A stretch of 64,000 nucleotides of DNA from Anthoceros angustus (lineage: Eukaryota; Plantae; Anthocerotophyta), in assembly GCA_010909165.1 (NCBI GenBank), contig MU008158.1, positions 2,443,478 through 2,507,477 on the forward strand. The letters run 5' to 3'. Made by a program: the position numbers and the translations under genes. Every line of letters starts with the position of its first letter. Position 1 is the first letter of the stretch. Positions 25,541-38,700 of the stretch are shown piece by piece. The notes below the pieces were generated by a model. It saw only the letters and a program-made list of their open reading frames with translations, was not told the DNA's origin and made no database searches.

Positions 25541-25609
25541 CTTTTTTCGATATGCTCGGCCCCCGCGTTGCCGTCTTTTTTCGATATGCTCGTCCCCCGC
25601 GTTGCCGTC
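25541..25609. repeat. Two-copy ~34-bp direct repeat (TTTTTCGATATGCTCG.CCCCCGCGTTGCCGTC)
   Basis: Directly visible. Confidence 0.75.
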
Positions 25610-26207
25610 AGTTAGGTTTAGGTCAAGGTTCCATAGCCCCTGTGCTCAACGTTTCAGGTCATCAGCACATTCCTGTTAAGCACTAGCTTCCTCAACCTAC
25701 CTCAAACTTGCTGCTGTCAAATTACAAATCGGCTTCCTGCCGAACTGGCTCCCTCGAAGACGGTCAAGTCTTCATATGACCTGACCGTTCCTTGCACGGA
25801 TGAGTTGCAAATTCCCCTGCTCAGCAGCGCTGCTCCCTGAGACCAATCCCAGGAATCGGCAAATCATGCAATCAGCTCAGCAAGCTCAGAGGAGAATATC
25901 CATTGGACCAGTCTCCAGAGTCCCCGCGAATTTCAACGGTAGATATTGCGCCCTGGTAATATCCCAAATTCTGAGCCCATCACACACAAATCTTAAAATG
26001 CACATTGTTAACAGGTTAACAGCTAACATAAACTAGATAAGTATCGAACTACCGTGGGGGAAAGAAGCAATAGCGCCCTCGAGTAACGCTGCAAAATTCA
26101 AACAAGCGTAGAGGAGCGACAACATACATATCTAGGTCCTCCCCCGTTCCTGGTTTGAGGGACATTCTGTTTTCTCCTCCTCGTCCCCCTCCCCGCCGGT
26201 AGGCGCC

Positions 26208-28657
26208 ATGTACTCAGCCTCGGCCTTGCGCTTTCACTCCGGTTGCTTGGTATCTTGCTGTGCCCTCGCAGTCCAGCTCCAGCTGCCCCTCCGCTGCCGC
26301 CTTCCCCGCCTCCTCCGCCTCCCTCGATTTTTCCCGCCGCTTCCGCATTCGCCATTCCTGTGCTGCTGCGGGTGATATCTTTGTAGGAAATCCTCTTCCT
26401 TGCCATTTCCGGCCTCTTGAGCTGACGCGTCGGCCGGCTGGCCATGGCCGTGCCAACCAGACCATTGTGGCTGTTATGCCTGGATTGGAGAATCTCACTC
26501 CCCCCATGGATCTTGCGCGCATCAAGGTAATTGGAGTGGGTGGTGGCGGCAACAACGCCATCAACCGTATGATAGGCAGTGGCCTGCAGGTTCGTTCCGC
26601 CTCCCGTTCCATGTGAAGGCACGTCCCTTGTCTTGGCTGTTCTAGGAAAGGAAAGATCTCCGCATTCGCCTCCGTCATTTCCGCCAAGAAGACCTCTAGA
26701 GAATTTGTTAGCATTGGACGTAGCTCCTTGTCATTTTTTCCACGCAATGGCCGTGTGATGAGGTGCAAACCAGCATGCCTTCCTTCTGAAAGATGTGCAC
26801 TTGGACCATCCCCCATCCCCCCCCTCTTCTTCGTTTTGCAGGGTGTAGAGTTTTGGGCCATAAATACAGACTCGCAGGCTTTGTTGCAGTCAGCTGCCAC
26901 ACATCGTGTGCAGATTGGAGACCAACTGACAAGAGGACTCGGTAAGACTATGCTGCGGCGTCTGCACTAAGCTGTGTTTGGGTCCTATTTTGTCCAAGAA
27001 CTACTTCCTGCCATGCACCTCCAGATAGTACTGGTGAACGACAGTTGCTAACATCTGATTCTGAACGACAATGTCCAACCTCTCGTCTGCAGGCACAGGG
27101 GGCAATCCGGAGCTTGGTGAACGGGCTGCTGAGGAGTCCAAGGAAGCAATACAAGAAGCTGTTGCAAATTCAGATCTTGTCTTCATTACTGCTGGGATGG
27201 GAGGTGGCACTGGGTCTGGTGCAGCACCTGTTGTAGCACGGCTCTCCAAAGAGGTCGGACATCTGACCGTCGGAGTTGTCACTTATCCTTTCACATTTGA
27301 AGGCCGGCGACGGGCTCAGCAGGTTATCCCATTTTCTCATGGCTTTAGCTGCGTTCCGTTGCTACTTATTTATGATCTGTTCAGCTTGTCTGCATGCCTG
27401 GTTTTGTAGATGGAGCTACTTGTTCCACGTAGCTATGCCTATCAGCTATGGCCATTTGCTATGTATATACTATCTCCTCTAGTTGTCTGCGTTGCATGTG
27501 TGGTAAATGGCTATCTGACCACTCATGAACCCTGTCTGCTTGCCACTGCTTGCTACGGAAACCATACAGTGGCTGATGTGAGTTCTATTTTGTAATGCTT
27601 CAGGCGCTTGAAGCCATTGAGCAGCTTCGCAAGTCCGTGGACACTCTCATCGTCATTCCAAATGATAGACTTCTAGATGTGGTGCAGGAGCAAACACCTT
27701 TGCAGGAAGCATTTCTCCTGGCAGACGATGTTTTGCGACAGGGAGTCCAAGGAATATCGGATATCATTACTGTAAGCAACGTGTAACTAGTATTTTATTT
27801 TACCTTGCAGGTAGTCCTGGTCAGGCTTAGATGCACATAACATATCCTCAATTCATGTAAGAGAAGATGAAGGAGTTTTACGTACAAGTGTTGTGTGGTG
27901 AGGATTGGGTCCACTGAAATCTGACATCCTCAACAGGTCTACCCTTTTTCCCCTAGATGATATACCTCCTGCAGCATGCACCATTAATGTCGTTGAACCT
28001 TCTTTGTGGCAGATTCCAGGACTCGTCAATGTCGACTTTGCGGATGTGAAAGCTGTCATGAGCAACTCTGGAACAGCCATGCTTGGAGTCGGGACATCCA
28101 CAGGGAAGAATCGTGCAGAGGAAGCAGCTCAGCAGGCAACTTCGGCCCCTCTGATTGAGAGGTCCATTGAGCGGGCCACTGGCATTGTATACAACATAAC
28201 TGGAGGAAAGGATCTCACATTGCAAGAAGTGAACAGAGTATCCCAGGTGGTGTCGTGTATTGGAATTCAAGTCTCATTCTCGTCCTTTGAGCAAGTTATT
28301 GCAACTCCTCTTGGACTTCGATGCATGAAATACGGTCTTGCAGCAAGACACTAATGTATGTGCTGGCATGTGTGCTTGGTTGGGGCTTTCATTTGAACTT
28401 ATCAGGTTGTGACGAGTTTAGCAGATCCTGCAGCCAACATCATCTTCGGCGCGGTAGTAGATGAGAGGTACACTGGATCAGTGAACGTAACCATCATTGC
28501 CACTGGATTTTCTCAAACCTTCCAGAAGACGCTAGTTGAAGCTAAGCCCGCTCGGCAGCAAGAGAGTACGGAATCAAGATCAGAATTACCATGGAAGCGA
28601 AGTGCCCCTGTGACCTCGAGATTCCCTCCAGGTCTTGGCGGTAAAGGGTATCTTTGA
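26208..28657 (+). CDS. FTSZ1: Plastid division protein FtsZ1 (apparent 1-nt frameshift in the transit peptide)
   Basis: [61 protein letters not shown]. The GTGGNP and TYPF signatures and lack of the FtsZ2 C-terminal core peptide indicate FtsZ1. ATG 26208 is out of frame with the conserved frame. Confidence 0.93.
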
Positions 28658-29349
28658 CCGATTCCCCCATTCTTTGGAGTTGGACTCTGCATTTTCTGCT
28701 AGCTTGGAATCAGCTAGAGTTCTCTGAACTCTCCGCGGCTATTAGTCCTGGCAGAAACATCAGCCCGGGTGCCAGGAGTAATGTGGTTGTCTGGTACTCT
28801 GGATACCGTGTGCTACATGTATTCTATCTATGTACTGCCGACGTTCCTCGAGCATCCTCGTCGGAATGTCCACTAATACCACCAAAGCATGGTGGGACGA
28901 GGATCGATTCCGACTTTCCAACGGGAAGGCTTTTATCTCCAGATGTCTCTCTATGAGGAACTGCCCGGCAGGAAGTTTGTGATTTATTTGGTTACATACA
29001 TCCAAGGAATTTAGGTACTGTATTATTTATGTAGGTACATACAGTGTACATACTGTAAGTCATAAGTGCACCTGAGCAGTCAAAATGTGCATGCCACATG
29101 TACAGGGTCACGGCGTATCGTGCAAAGTCATGAAAAGTATGTTTGAGATACGTACACATAAAACGGTCCACCGCCTGCCACCTCACTTGAATGTTAAGGA
29201 GAACTGAGCAGCGGTCACCGGTGTGGCCGCATGTCTAAAGCTGCCCAATGCGGGACATTCACGTGATGGCGTTGCTCTAGTCGCTGTTTCAAGGGACGTC
29301 ATAGCGGCTGCGATTCGGAGGATTAGGGCTGTGTCTCGAAACCAGGAAG

Positions 29350-31270
29350 ATGGTCTCGGATGCAGAGCTTGCACAACGTCTCACGGCCATCCTCCAGAGC
29401 GCTGATCTTTCTACCACTACCACCACCACCATCCGACAGCGGCTAGAGTCTGAACTGGCCGTAGATCTTTCCACCAAAAAAGCTTTCGTGCGCCAGCACA
29501 TTGACGCCTACCTGCAACAGCAGCAGCACCAGCAGCACCAGCAGAGCGAAGCAGAGGCTGCTGACGGCTCTGACGGACAGGACGGGTGTGACGAGGAGGC
29601 AGACGTAGATGCTGATGCTGATGCAGAGGAAGACGAAGACGAAGACGCAGAGGACCAGGTAGGACGAGGCGAGCAAGTTGAGGGGGCTGCTCAGGAAGAT
29701 GAGAAACCCACTAGAACCTCCAGGCGATCAATCCAATCAGAGCCTGACTCCAAGCGGTTGAAAGCGAAGATTGACAGGGCCATAAAGAAAAGGTGTGAGC
29801 CCTTATCTGGTGACAGTCTGTCCAAAACACAACTGTTCGTCATGGTAGACGTTTGACAGTCGAGAAGAGTTGCCAAGCTTCTGCAGCCTGACCATGCGCA
29901 TTCTTCACTGTCTTCTGTGCCAGTTGAGTTTTAGGGCATCTCCCGACCACCCTCCCTTGTGTCCGAATAGATTTTCAGAGGTGTAAGCAATTAAGAACTG
30001 TTTGATGGAGGTGGCTTGTTAAGATGATGAATGTGCAGCCTCCTTCAAGTCAACACCCAGTACTCTTTCCCTTCTCCTTTCACGTTGTTCGGGCACGTTG
30101 CGGCTGCTAGAAACCACCTGCTGTCTTATGTTGTTTCCCATGTAATTCAAGCTTCTTGTTTCTTCTCTTTGGTTGATGGCAACGTGTTCGGCGATGACAG
30201 CTTGCCTAAGGAGAAGAAGAAACGAGCAGGAGGTGCTGGTGGGCTGAACAAGGTGTGTGGCCTCTCTCCAGAGCTTCAAGTTATTATTGGAGAACCAGCT
30301 CTGCCAAGAACCCAGGTAATTTCACCAGCGGAAATATTGGCTTTAATGGTGCTTGCCAGGGGTTTGAGATTCGTTGAAGTGCCACCGTATTGGATTCTTG
30401 GAACGTAAGATGGTAGCCCCTGTCAGAGAATGGTTGCAGTTCGGAATTTTGTGAGATTCCCAAGCTGTTAGTGATTGCCATTTTAGGTGGTGAAGAACCT
30501 CTGGGTCTACATCAGGGAGAACAAATTGCAAGATCCAGAAAACAAGCAGAAGATCATATGCAATGAAGCTTTGCGGGGGCTGTTTGGAACCGACTCTACT
30601 GACATGTTCAAGATGAACAAACTTTTGTCAAAGCACATATGGCCTCTGGATACTAGTAAATCTGGAGGTTTGTTTGCCCAGCCTAACTTTGTGTCTTACG
30701 GAAGTCCGACGTGTTTTCGGGCAGGAGATGGTATATTTATCTTTGTTGACCTGACATGGCTTCTGCAGAGGGAGATGCGCAACCAAAGCCGAAGAAAATA
30801 AAGAAGGAGCAGTCAAGTGGAAAGGGCAAGAGTGGATTTCTTTCACCTCGCCCGATATCTGAAAAGCTGTCCAATTTTTTGGGCACTGGTGAGACCGAGG
30901 TTCCACGCGCAGATGTGGTGAGAAGGATATGGGATTACATAAAGCACAATGGACTCCAGGTTTGTGTGACAAGCGGACAATTGTCTATGCTTATGCGTTT
31001 GTTTTTCTCTTTTCAAAAGTCATTTGTTCTGGTTTCTTACCATGTTGACATACAATAGGTACATTCCTGACCTTGTGACTGTCACAGTCGAGTGTCCTTT
31101 GTTGCTGTCTTGTATGAAAGTTATCTAATTCTGCAGCTCTCTTCTTGCAGGACCCAGCAGATAAAAGGAACATTTTGTGTGATGAAAAGCTTGAAGAGCT
31201 CTTTGGGTGTAAGACTTTTGTTGGGTTTGAAATGACCAAGCTTTTGCAAGAGCACTTTATAAAGGCGTGA
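29350..31270 (+). CDS. DEK_C + two SWIB/MDM2 domain protein (UAF30-like)
   Basis: MVSDAELAQRLTAILQSADL.TTT..IRQRLE..L.VDLS.KKAFVR; GGLNKVCGLSPELQ..PRTQVVKNLWVYIRENKLQDPENKQKIIC; second SWIB RADVVRRIWDYIKHNGLQDPADKRNILCDEKL; stop at 31270. Confidence 0.93.
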
Positions 31271-32184
31271 CGTTGTGTTGATGACTGTCCTAACTCTCGC
31301 TGGTGGCAACGGGTCACGTAGAAGATTGGGCACGAAATTGGCTTCACCACCCGCGGGATCTTTAAGCGTGATTCCAAAAGATGGCCATCCAACTGACCTC
31401 TCCCCTTTCGTCGAGATAAGGTCCATTCAGAGATCCTCGATCAGGGCAGATATCTGGCCTTGTAAGTTTAGGAGCGGTACCAGTTTCTACCCCGATTGCC
31501 GGCGACGGGAATTAGGAAGATGACATGTCCTACCCGTAAGAAGGATGACTCGGTTGTCCAACCACAACCGATCACCTCTTGGGACAAAACCGTAAGACTT
31601 GCGTGCCGCCGCGCACGGAAAACGTCGTACCTGTCTATAATCCGATGTTTAACCGCTAAGTGTAGGATCTTGTATGCCTGCAATCAAGGTACGTATAAGA
31701 TCCTTGTAAGTACAAAGTGAACCAGTGAAACCTTCCATTAGCTTTCCATTATAGCTTTTCATTAGCTTTCCATAATTTTCTACTGTAGATCTATAATATA
31801 TATAGATTGGATTAGTTTTATATGAGCTTTTCATTATAGGCTCCTCATTAACTAAGTTATCACCATATCAAACTTTCATTGTAGGCCTATAATGTAGGCT
31901 AGATTGCTTCACAAAGCTTCTTCAGAAAATCTGCAATGGGAAATTACATGCTAAATTGATTTTGGGGAAGATCTTATGCCAAATTAAGTTTAAAGAAGCT
32001 TGCTGATAGAAGCAAATACATTTTAGAGAAACCAAGTTCAATCGATATTTTTTCCATAGAATCTATAAGTACATCAAATATATGAAGTTCATGAACCATC
32101 CTAAACTATGCTTATGACTCTAGATTAATTGGTTTGAATTGCGAAATGGGTCCAGTTTGAAGTCCAAATTTGTACGTTAATTTG

Positions 32185-32485
32185 TTCTTAAGTTTGTACA
32201 GGTAAATTGTTCTAAAGTTCTTGGTTGAACATTTATAGGAACGTCATTATTAAGCATTTTGCACCTAGATTGGTACTTAGATGAGGTGTTATTGTTCTTA
32301 AGTTTGTACTGGTAAATTGTTCTAAAGTTCTTGGTTGAACATTTATAGGAACGTCATTGTTAAGCATTTTGCTCTTAGATTGGTACTTAGATGAGATGTC
32401 ATCGTTGCTAGTAGCTTAGGCACCCAATGGTGCAAGTTGTCGAGTACCAAGTTCCATGATGGAAATGTCATCCTTAATGGACTCG
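32185..32485. mobile_element. MITE-like repeat fragment (reverse orientation) with internal ~110-bp tandem duplication
   Basis: Reverse complement reads AGTCCATTAAGGATG..GTGCCTAAGCTACTAGCA..CATCTAAG..AAAATGCTTAAC, matching 8578-8730. Confidence 0.6.
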
Positions 32486-32737
32486 GTATCATAGATTTTT
32501 CTTCTTACACAAAGGAAGAACATTCCCTTTTCTTTTTCAATAGAAAATTTGATTTAAAAATATTTGAAATTAAAATATTAAATTATAAATTAATTAAATA
32601 TTAGATTAGAAGAAAGATAATTATTTTAATTGAAAATTAATTTAGTAGAAAATTTACCTTAGACACATTATAAGTTTAAAAAGAATCAAAATTGAAAAGT
32701 AATTAAAAACAAATTATAAGTTGTTCAAATTATCTAA

Positions 32738-33177
32738 CATATCTAGCTATCTAAAATAGATTAGAAGTTGTTAAAATTAACTAAGATATTTAGCTATCTA
32801 GTATAGATTAGAAGTTGTTAAAATTAACTAAGATATTTAGCTATCTAGTATAGATTAGAAGTTGTTAAAATTAACTAAGATATTTAGCTATCTAGTATAG
32901 ATTAGAAGTTGTTAAAATTAACTAAGATATTTAGCTATCTAGTATAGATTAGAAGTTGTTAAAATTAACTAAGATATTTAGCTATCTAGTATAGATTAGA
33001 AGTTGTTAAAATTAACTAAGATATTTAGCTAGTATAGATTAGAAGTTGTTAAAATTAACTAAGATATTTAGCTATCTAGTATAGATTAGAAGTTGTTAAA
33101 ATTAACTAAGATATTTAGCTATCTAGTATAGATTAGAAGTTGTTAAAATTATCTAAGATATCTAGCTATATAGTATA
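32738..33177. repeat. 47-bp minisatellite, about 9 copies (ATATTTAGCTATCTAGTATAGATTAGAAGTTGTTAAAATTAACTAAG)
   Basis: Near-identical copies; one lacks 4 nt. Ends about 120 bp upstream of the GDSL ATG. Confidence 0.95.
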
Positions 33178-33293
33178 AATAAATAGAGGGACAGAAACTA
33201 AACTTTTGTAGTCTACTTCGTTTGTAATGTATTGAGTGGGTATTAAATGGTGGTAGACCATAATTTTCTATAGCTTGTTACTTGCTAATCATC

Positions 33294-34460
33294 ATGGGTA
33301 TCATATTATTTATATACAATAGATATGGGATGAAATTCTACAACTTATTTATACAAGTGTTACTTTTTAGTATGGTGTTGAGCAGCATACCACATGTACA
33401 TGCATCTCACAATGTTAAAGCGCTTTACGTATTTGGTGATTCATCAGTAGATGTTGGGAATAATTTATTTTCTGTAGTTGCTCATAAAGCTAATCATGGT
33501 CCATATGGCAGAAACTTTGATACACAACTTTCAACTGGAAGATATACCGATGGTAAGCTTGCAATAGATATCTTAGGCACCCAGTACCTCAAGTTGAATG
33601 ACTACCAATCTCCCTTTCTATCACAAAATCAATCTGCCATCGCATCGCCAGGCATAAATTTTGCCTCTGCGGGTGCTGGGTTATTGCTTAAAACAGGACT
33701 TAGTCAATTAGGAGAAGTTATTCCCTTTCGTGATCAAATAATATTAATGGAACATGTGATCATTCGAGATCTTGAACAAATTTTAGGTCCCCTTGCAGTT
33801 CAAATGCATTTGAAAAGATCAATCATTTTTATTTCAGTTGGCTATAGTGATTGGGCATTCATGCATTATCCAAACGAGGGGTGTCAATTTCATAGTGCTA
33901 ATTATGAAGAAACTAGGAACAATTTTACTAATTCTCTTCTTCAAAACTTATCGGATGGGATTAAGAAACTACATCGGATGGGCGCAAGAAAGTTTGCCAT
34001 CATGGGTCTTGCAAATATGGGATGTATGCCAAATATATTGTATAGATTCAGGTATATTCCACATGGTGAATGCATAGATTTTGTGAATGCTGACATGGAG
34101 CACTATAATAATGCTACTATGAATATGTTAAGTGACTTATTCACTAGCGATAAAGGTCTCAAGGACTCGTATTTTTATTTTGGACCAATATACCGCATAT
34201 TAAAAGATATCATGTCTGACATTACCAAGTACGGATTTGAAAAAAATGCAGCATGTTGTGGCGATGGACCTTTCAATGGTCAATTTGCTTGCGTTAGTGA
34301 GAAGTTAGCATGTCTTGACACAAAAAAATTTCCTTGGCTTGATCAATATCATCCAAGTGAAACTGTTCAAAAGATAATCGCTCATAAACTTTGGAACCAT
34401 ACATACCTGCATGATTCAAAATGGGGATTAAAAAACATTGAAGAGCTAGCATATTCATAA
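33294..34460 (+). CDS. GDSL/SGNH esterase-lipase, secreted, intronless
   Basis: Signal peptide (start could be ATG 33330), VFGDSSVDVGNN, TGRYTDGK, GINFASAGAG, GARKF..MGCMP, ACCG.G.FNG, WLDQYHPSE in one open frame. Confidence 0.92.
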   Translation: MGIILFIYNRYGMKFYNLFIQVLLFSMVLSSIPHVHASHNVKALYVFGDSSVDVGNNLFSVVAHKANHGPYGRNFDTQLSTGRYTDGKLAIDILGTQYLKLNDYQSPFLSQNQSAIASPGINFASAGAGLLLKTGLSQLGEVIPFRDQIILMEHVIIRDLEQILGPLAVQMHLKRSIIFISVGYSDWAFMHYPNEGCQFHSANYEETRNNFTNSLLQNLSDGIKKLHRMGARKFAIMGLANMGCMPNILYRFRYIPHGECIDFVNADMEHYNNATMNMLSDLFTSDKGLKDSYFYFGPIYRILKDIMSDITKYGFEKNAACCGDGPFNGQFACVSEKLACLDTKKFPWLDQYHPSETVQKIIAHKLWNHTYLHDSKWGLKNIEELAYS

Positions 34461-35774
34461 TTATGGTATATCAAAGAGGACAAAAGGTAAAATCTATTTT
34501 TAAATTTATTATTATATATTATAATTTTAATTTCTATAGAAATATCTAGTATGTATAAATTACAGCACAATATGCGAATGCTGCGCACCCCACACCAGAG
34601 AGACACTGCTCCAAAGCTAACATCCTTTGATGTCTTCTTTTTTTCTTTTCGATTTGTGACCTTTGTTTTTTTCTACTCCATGCCATGCCAATCTTTATGT
34701 ATGTTAAGCCCCTGCATTAGGATGGTTGTCATAACAAGTTTTCTACCATATTTTATGTCACAACTATAATGGCATCAGCCACGGGGGCCTTCCCCTCGTG
34801 TACTCATTTTGTCAAAGTTATGATAGAAGAATCTCATGTGTATGATAGAAGAAGAGAGGAAGGGAGGATGGGGAAGAGGGGAAGGCCTGGGGCGTGGGTG
34901 GAGTGCAGGAAGCCCAGAGCAAGGGGGAGGGGCCGCAATTAACGACGGCGTGTCGCCCAGGCCGATGAAGCAAGCTTCCACATGTAGGGTCGATATGCAC
35001 AAGGGTGGTGAATTATGCGCCTCCGTGCCCACTCCTCGTCGTGGTGTGACTATGGCTCGCCTTGCCCTTAGTCTCGCGGTGTCTACATCTCACCATGCCC
35101 TTGCCTTGGTGTGTCCTCGCCACACCGTGCCTTGTCATAGTGCCTATGCGTATTTGTATCTTATCAGCGCCACCAACATGTCCAGAAAATATTTGTATGT
35201 GTCCATCATCTCCATCATAAATCCTAAACACCAAGAAATAAAAAGACGATGTGAATGCAAATGGCCCAGTTGTGTACACGCAAAGGGCCAAGTTGAGTCA
35301 ACTTGGCCCTTTGTGTGCAAAGTTTTCTGATGCATACCAGCTGATGTAGCATAATACAATACCATAGAATCTGAAAGATGTCGGGAAATTGATGCTTAGA
35401 ATACAGGGGGAAAAAATGTTCACACACACATCATGACGAGAACAATACGCCATACCCGCGGTCTTCTTCCAATGCATTAATGGGAGGATGTAAAGGCAGC
35501 GTGATCTTTTTTCATGAGTCTTTTTTCTGCTTCGTACGACCATAGGCTTCTTCAACGGCAACATAGACTTCTCAAAGGCACCCTAAAATCCCGCAAGTCA
35601 AGAAGGAGGTGGAGTCGTAATGGAGACGAGAAACGTAGGATGGAGGGAGCGAAGGCAGAACCCTAAAAGAGAGTCAAACATATACATACAAATTGTATTG
35701 GGAACACCTCTTTTGGTACACAAACAAATGGCAAGTCGCGCCAGATGTGATGCACGTAGCCTTATTTTTGGGTA

Positions 35775-38700
35775 AAAAACGAATAGGATATGAAATATTT
35801 CCGAAAAAAAGAGGTTCTTTACTCGCAGTCTTGGTGTGAACGTGTGAACCAGGCCCAGAGTATGGAATACGGAAGTCGTCAGCGGGCAACTTGTGTGTGA
35901 CAACTTTTCTTTCGGCTATATTGTATACTTAGATGCCTCAGCATCTTCAAGATTCCCTCATATTACATGCCACGTCATCGCAAGGCCAGGCGTATGTCAA
36001 AAACGTTGTATCACACAAGTTGGCCCTCTAGTGTTCGATGTTGTCATCCATGTATACTTTTTCTGGCGTTTAGGTTATTCTTACATACATACCTATGTTT
36101 GTTGGACATGTCGGAATGCTGAAGGCTACTGAATGTCTGCTCAAAGCATGCTGAATGTCTGCTCAAGGTATGCTCAAGGTTTGCCCAAGGTTGCTAAAGG
36201 TCTGCTCAAGGCTACTGAATGTCTAGTCAAGGCTTCTGAATGTTTGCTTAAGGTGTGCTCAAGGCTATCGAAGGTCTGTTGAAGGTTCTTGCATGTCTAC
36301 TCAAGGGTGCTAAAGGATGCTCAAGGTGTGCTCAAGGTGCACTTGCAGCTTATGGGTCCCTTACTTTGTGGCCTAGTTTCAAGTTTGAGGGGTTAGCGGA
36401 TGGGCGCCGCTATGCAAGTGCCAATGTTCCCCGACCCTAAGAAACAAAAAGGAATAATGGTTGAAGAACCTCTTGTCTATTCTTTGTGAAGCAAAATAGT
36501 AGATAGATCGGCCTTGGTATGGAATACTAAGTCGGGCAACTTGTGTGTGACAACTTTTCTTCGGCTATATTGTATACTTAGATGCCTCAAAGATCTTCAA
36601 GATTCCTCAGATTACACATGCCACGTCATCGCAAGACGGCCGTATGTGGCAAAAACGTTGTATCACACAAGTTGGCCCTCTAGTGTTCGATGTTGTCATC
36701 CATGTATACTTTTTCCGCGTTAGGTTATTCTTACATACATACCTATGTTTGTTGGACATGTATGAATCTTGAAGACTCTTGAATATACTCAAAGCATCTT
36801 TGAATGTCATCAGGTATGCTCAAGGTTTGCCCAAGGTTGCTAAAGGTCTGCTCAAGGCTACCGAATGTCTAGTCAAGGCTTCTGAATGTTTGCTTAAGGT
36901 GTGCTCAAGGCTATCGAAGGTCTATTGAAGGTTCTTGCATGTCTACTCAAGGGTGCTAAAGGATGCTCAAGGTGTGCTCAAGGTCTGCACGGGCTTATGG
37001 GTCCCTTACTTTGTGGCCTAGTTTCAAGTTTGAGGGGTTAGCGGATGGGCGCCGCTATGCAAGTGCCAATGTTCCCCGACCCTAAGAAACAAAAAGGAAT
37101 AATGGTTGAAGAACCTCTTGTCTATTCTTTGTGAAGCAAAATAGTAGATAGATCGGCCTTGGTATGGAATACGGAAGTCGTCAGCGGGCAACTTGTGTGT
37201 GACAACTTTTCTTTCGGCTATATTGTATACTTAGATGCCTCAGCATCTTCAAGATTCCCTCGTATTACACATGCCACGTCATCGCAAGACGGGCCGTATG
37301 TGGCAAAAAACGTTGTATCACACAAGTTGGCCCTCTAGTGTTCGATGTTGTCATCCATGTATACTTTTTCTGGCGTTTAGGTTATTCTTACATACATACC
37401 TATGTTTGTTGGACATGTCAATCAAGGCTCGAATGTCTAGTCAAGGCTTCGAATGTTTGCTTAAGGTGTGCTCAAGGTTTGCCAAGGTTGCTAAAGGTCC
37501 GCTCAAGGCTACTCAATGTCTAGTCAAGGCTTGAATGTTTGCTTAAGGTGTGCTCAAGGCTATCGAAGGTGCAGGTTCTTGCATGTCTACTCAAGGGTGC
37601 TAAAGGATGCTCAAGGTGTGCTCAAGGTGCAGGGCTTATGGGTCCCTTACTTTGTGGCCTAGTTTCAAGTTTGAGGGGTTAGCGGATGATGTCGCCACTA
37701 AGGTGCCAATGTTCACACCTAAGAAACAAAAAAGGAATAATGGTTGAAGAACCTCTTGTCTATTTGCTGTGAAGCAAAATAGTAGATAGATCGGGCCTTG
37801 GTATGGAATACCGATCTCGTCAGGAAGCCCTTTAGGGTTTTTTTCGATGGTGACAAAAGAAGTTTTCGGCGGGAAAACTTTTGGTGTCACACACTTGACG
37901 ACATCAGCCGCGGGCGCCTGCCCCTCGTGTCCCGATCTCGTCACTAAGCCTGTGGTGTGTGTGTGAAGATTCTTTTTAGGTTTTGACACACAAGGTTTTC
38001 TTTTAGGGGCATGGGCCATCGCACATCCATTCGCATGACCCCATCCGCCGCTGGGCCATATAAGGAACCGCCACGAGGCCTTTATGGCAGAAGCGTGGAG
38101 GAGCCATCCGCGGCGCGCCACGGCCTTCGCAGCCATACAGGCCTTTGTGAGTAGCCCTTGAGGCGCCGACGCCTCGCGTGGCTGCACCATCCAGCGTGCG
38201 ATTGCATTTGGCAGCCATACAGCCTCGCGATAGCGCACAACATCTTCACACAAGCAGTTTTATTCGACCACAAGAAAGCCACCACGGGCTCCATCTCAAA
38301 AGCGAATAGGATATGAAATATTTCCAAAAAAAGAGGTTCTTTACTCGCGATCTTGGTGTGAGCGTGAACTGTGCAGAGTATGGAATACTAAGTCGCGGCA
38401 ACTTGTGTGACAACTTTTCTTTCGGCTATATTGTATACTTAGATGCCTCGATCTTCAAGATTCCTCGTACACATGCCACGTCATCGCAAGGCCGTATGTG
38501 GCAAAAACGTTGTATCACACAAGTTGGCCCTCTAGTGTTCGATGTTGTCATCCATGTATACTTTTTCCGGCGAAGGTTATTCTTACATACATACCTATGT
38601 TTGTTGGACATGCTCAATCTTTGAACTCTTGAATGTCTTGCTGAATGTCCGCCAAGGTATGCTCAAGGTTTGCCAAGGTTGCTAAAGGTCTGCTCAAGGC

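Noticed and set aside
32738-33177. CRISPR-like regular repeats
   Set aside because: No unique spacers, head-to-tail minisatellite, eukaryotic context.
33294-34460. Horizontal transfer of the GDSL gene from bacteria
   Set aside because: Cys-rich plant GELP motifs (GCMP, ACCG, NFASAGAG) indicate plant origin.
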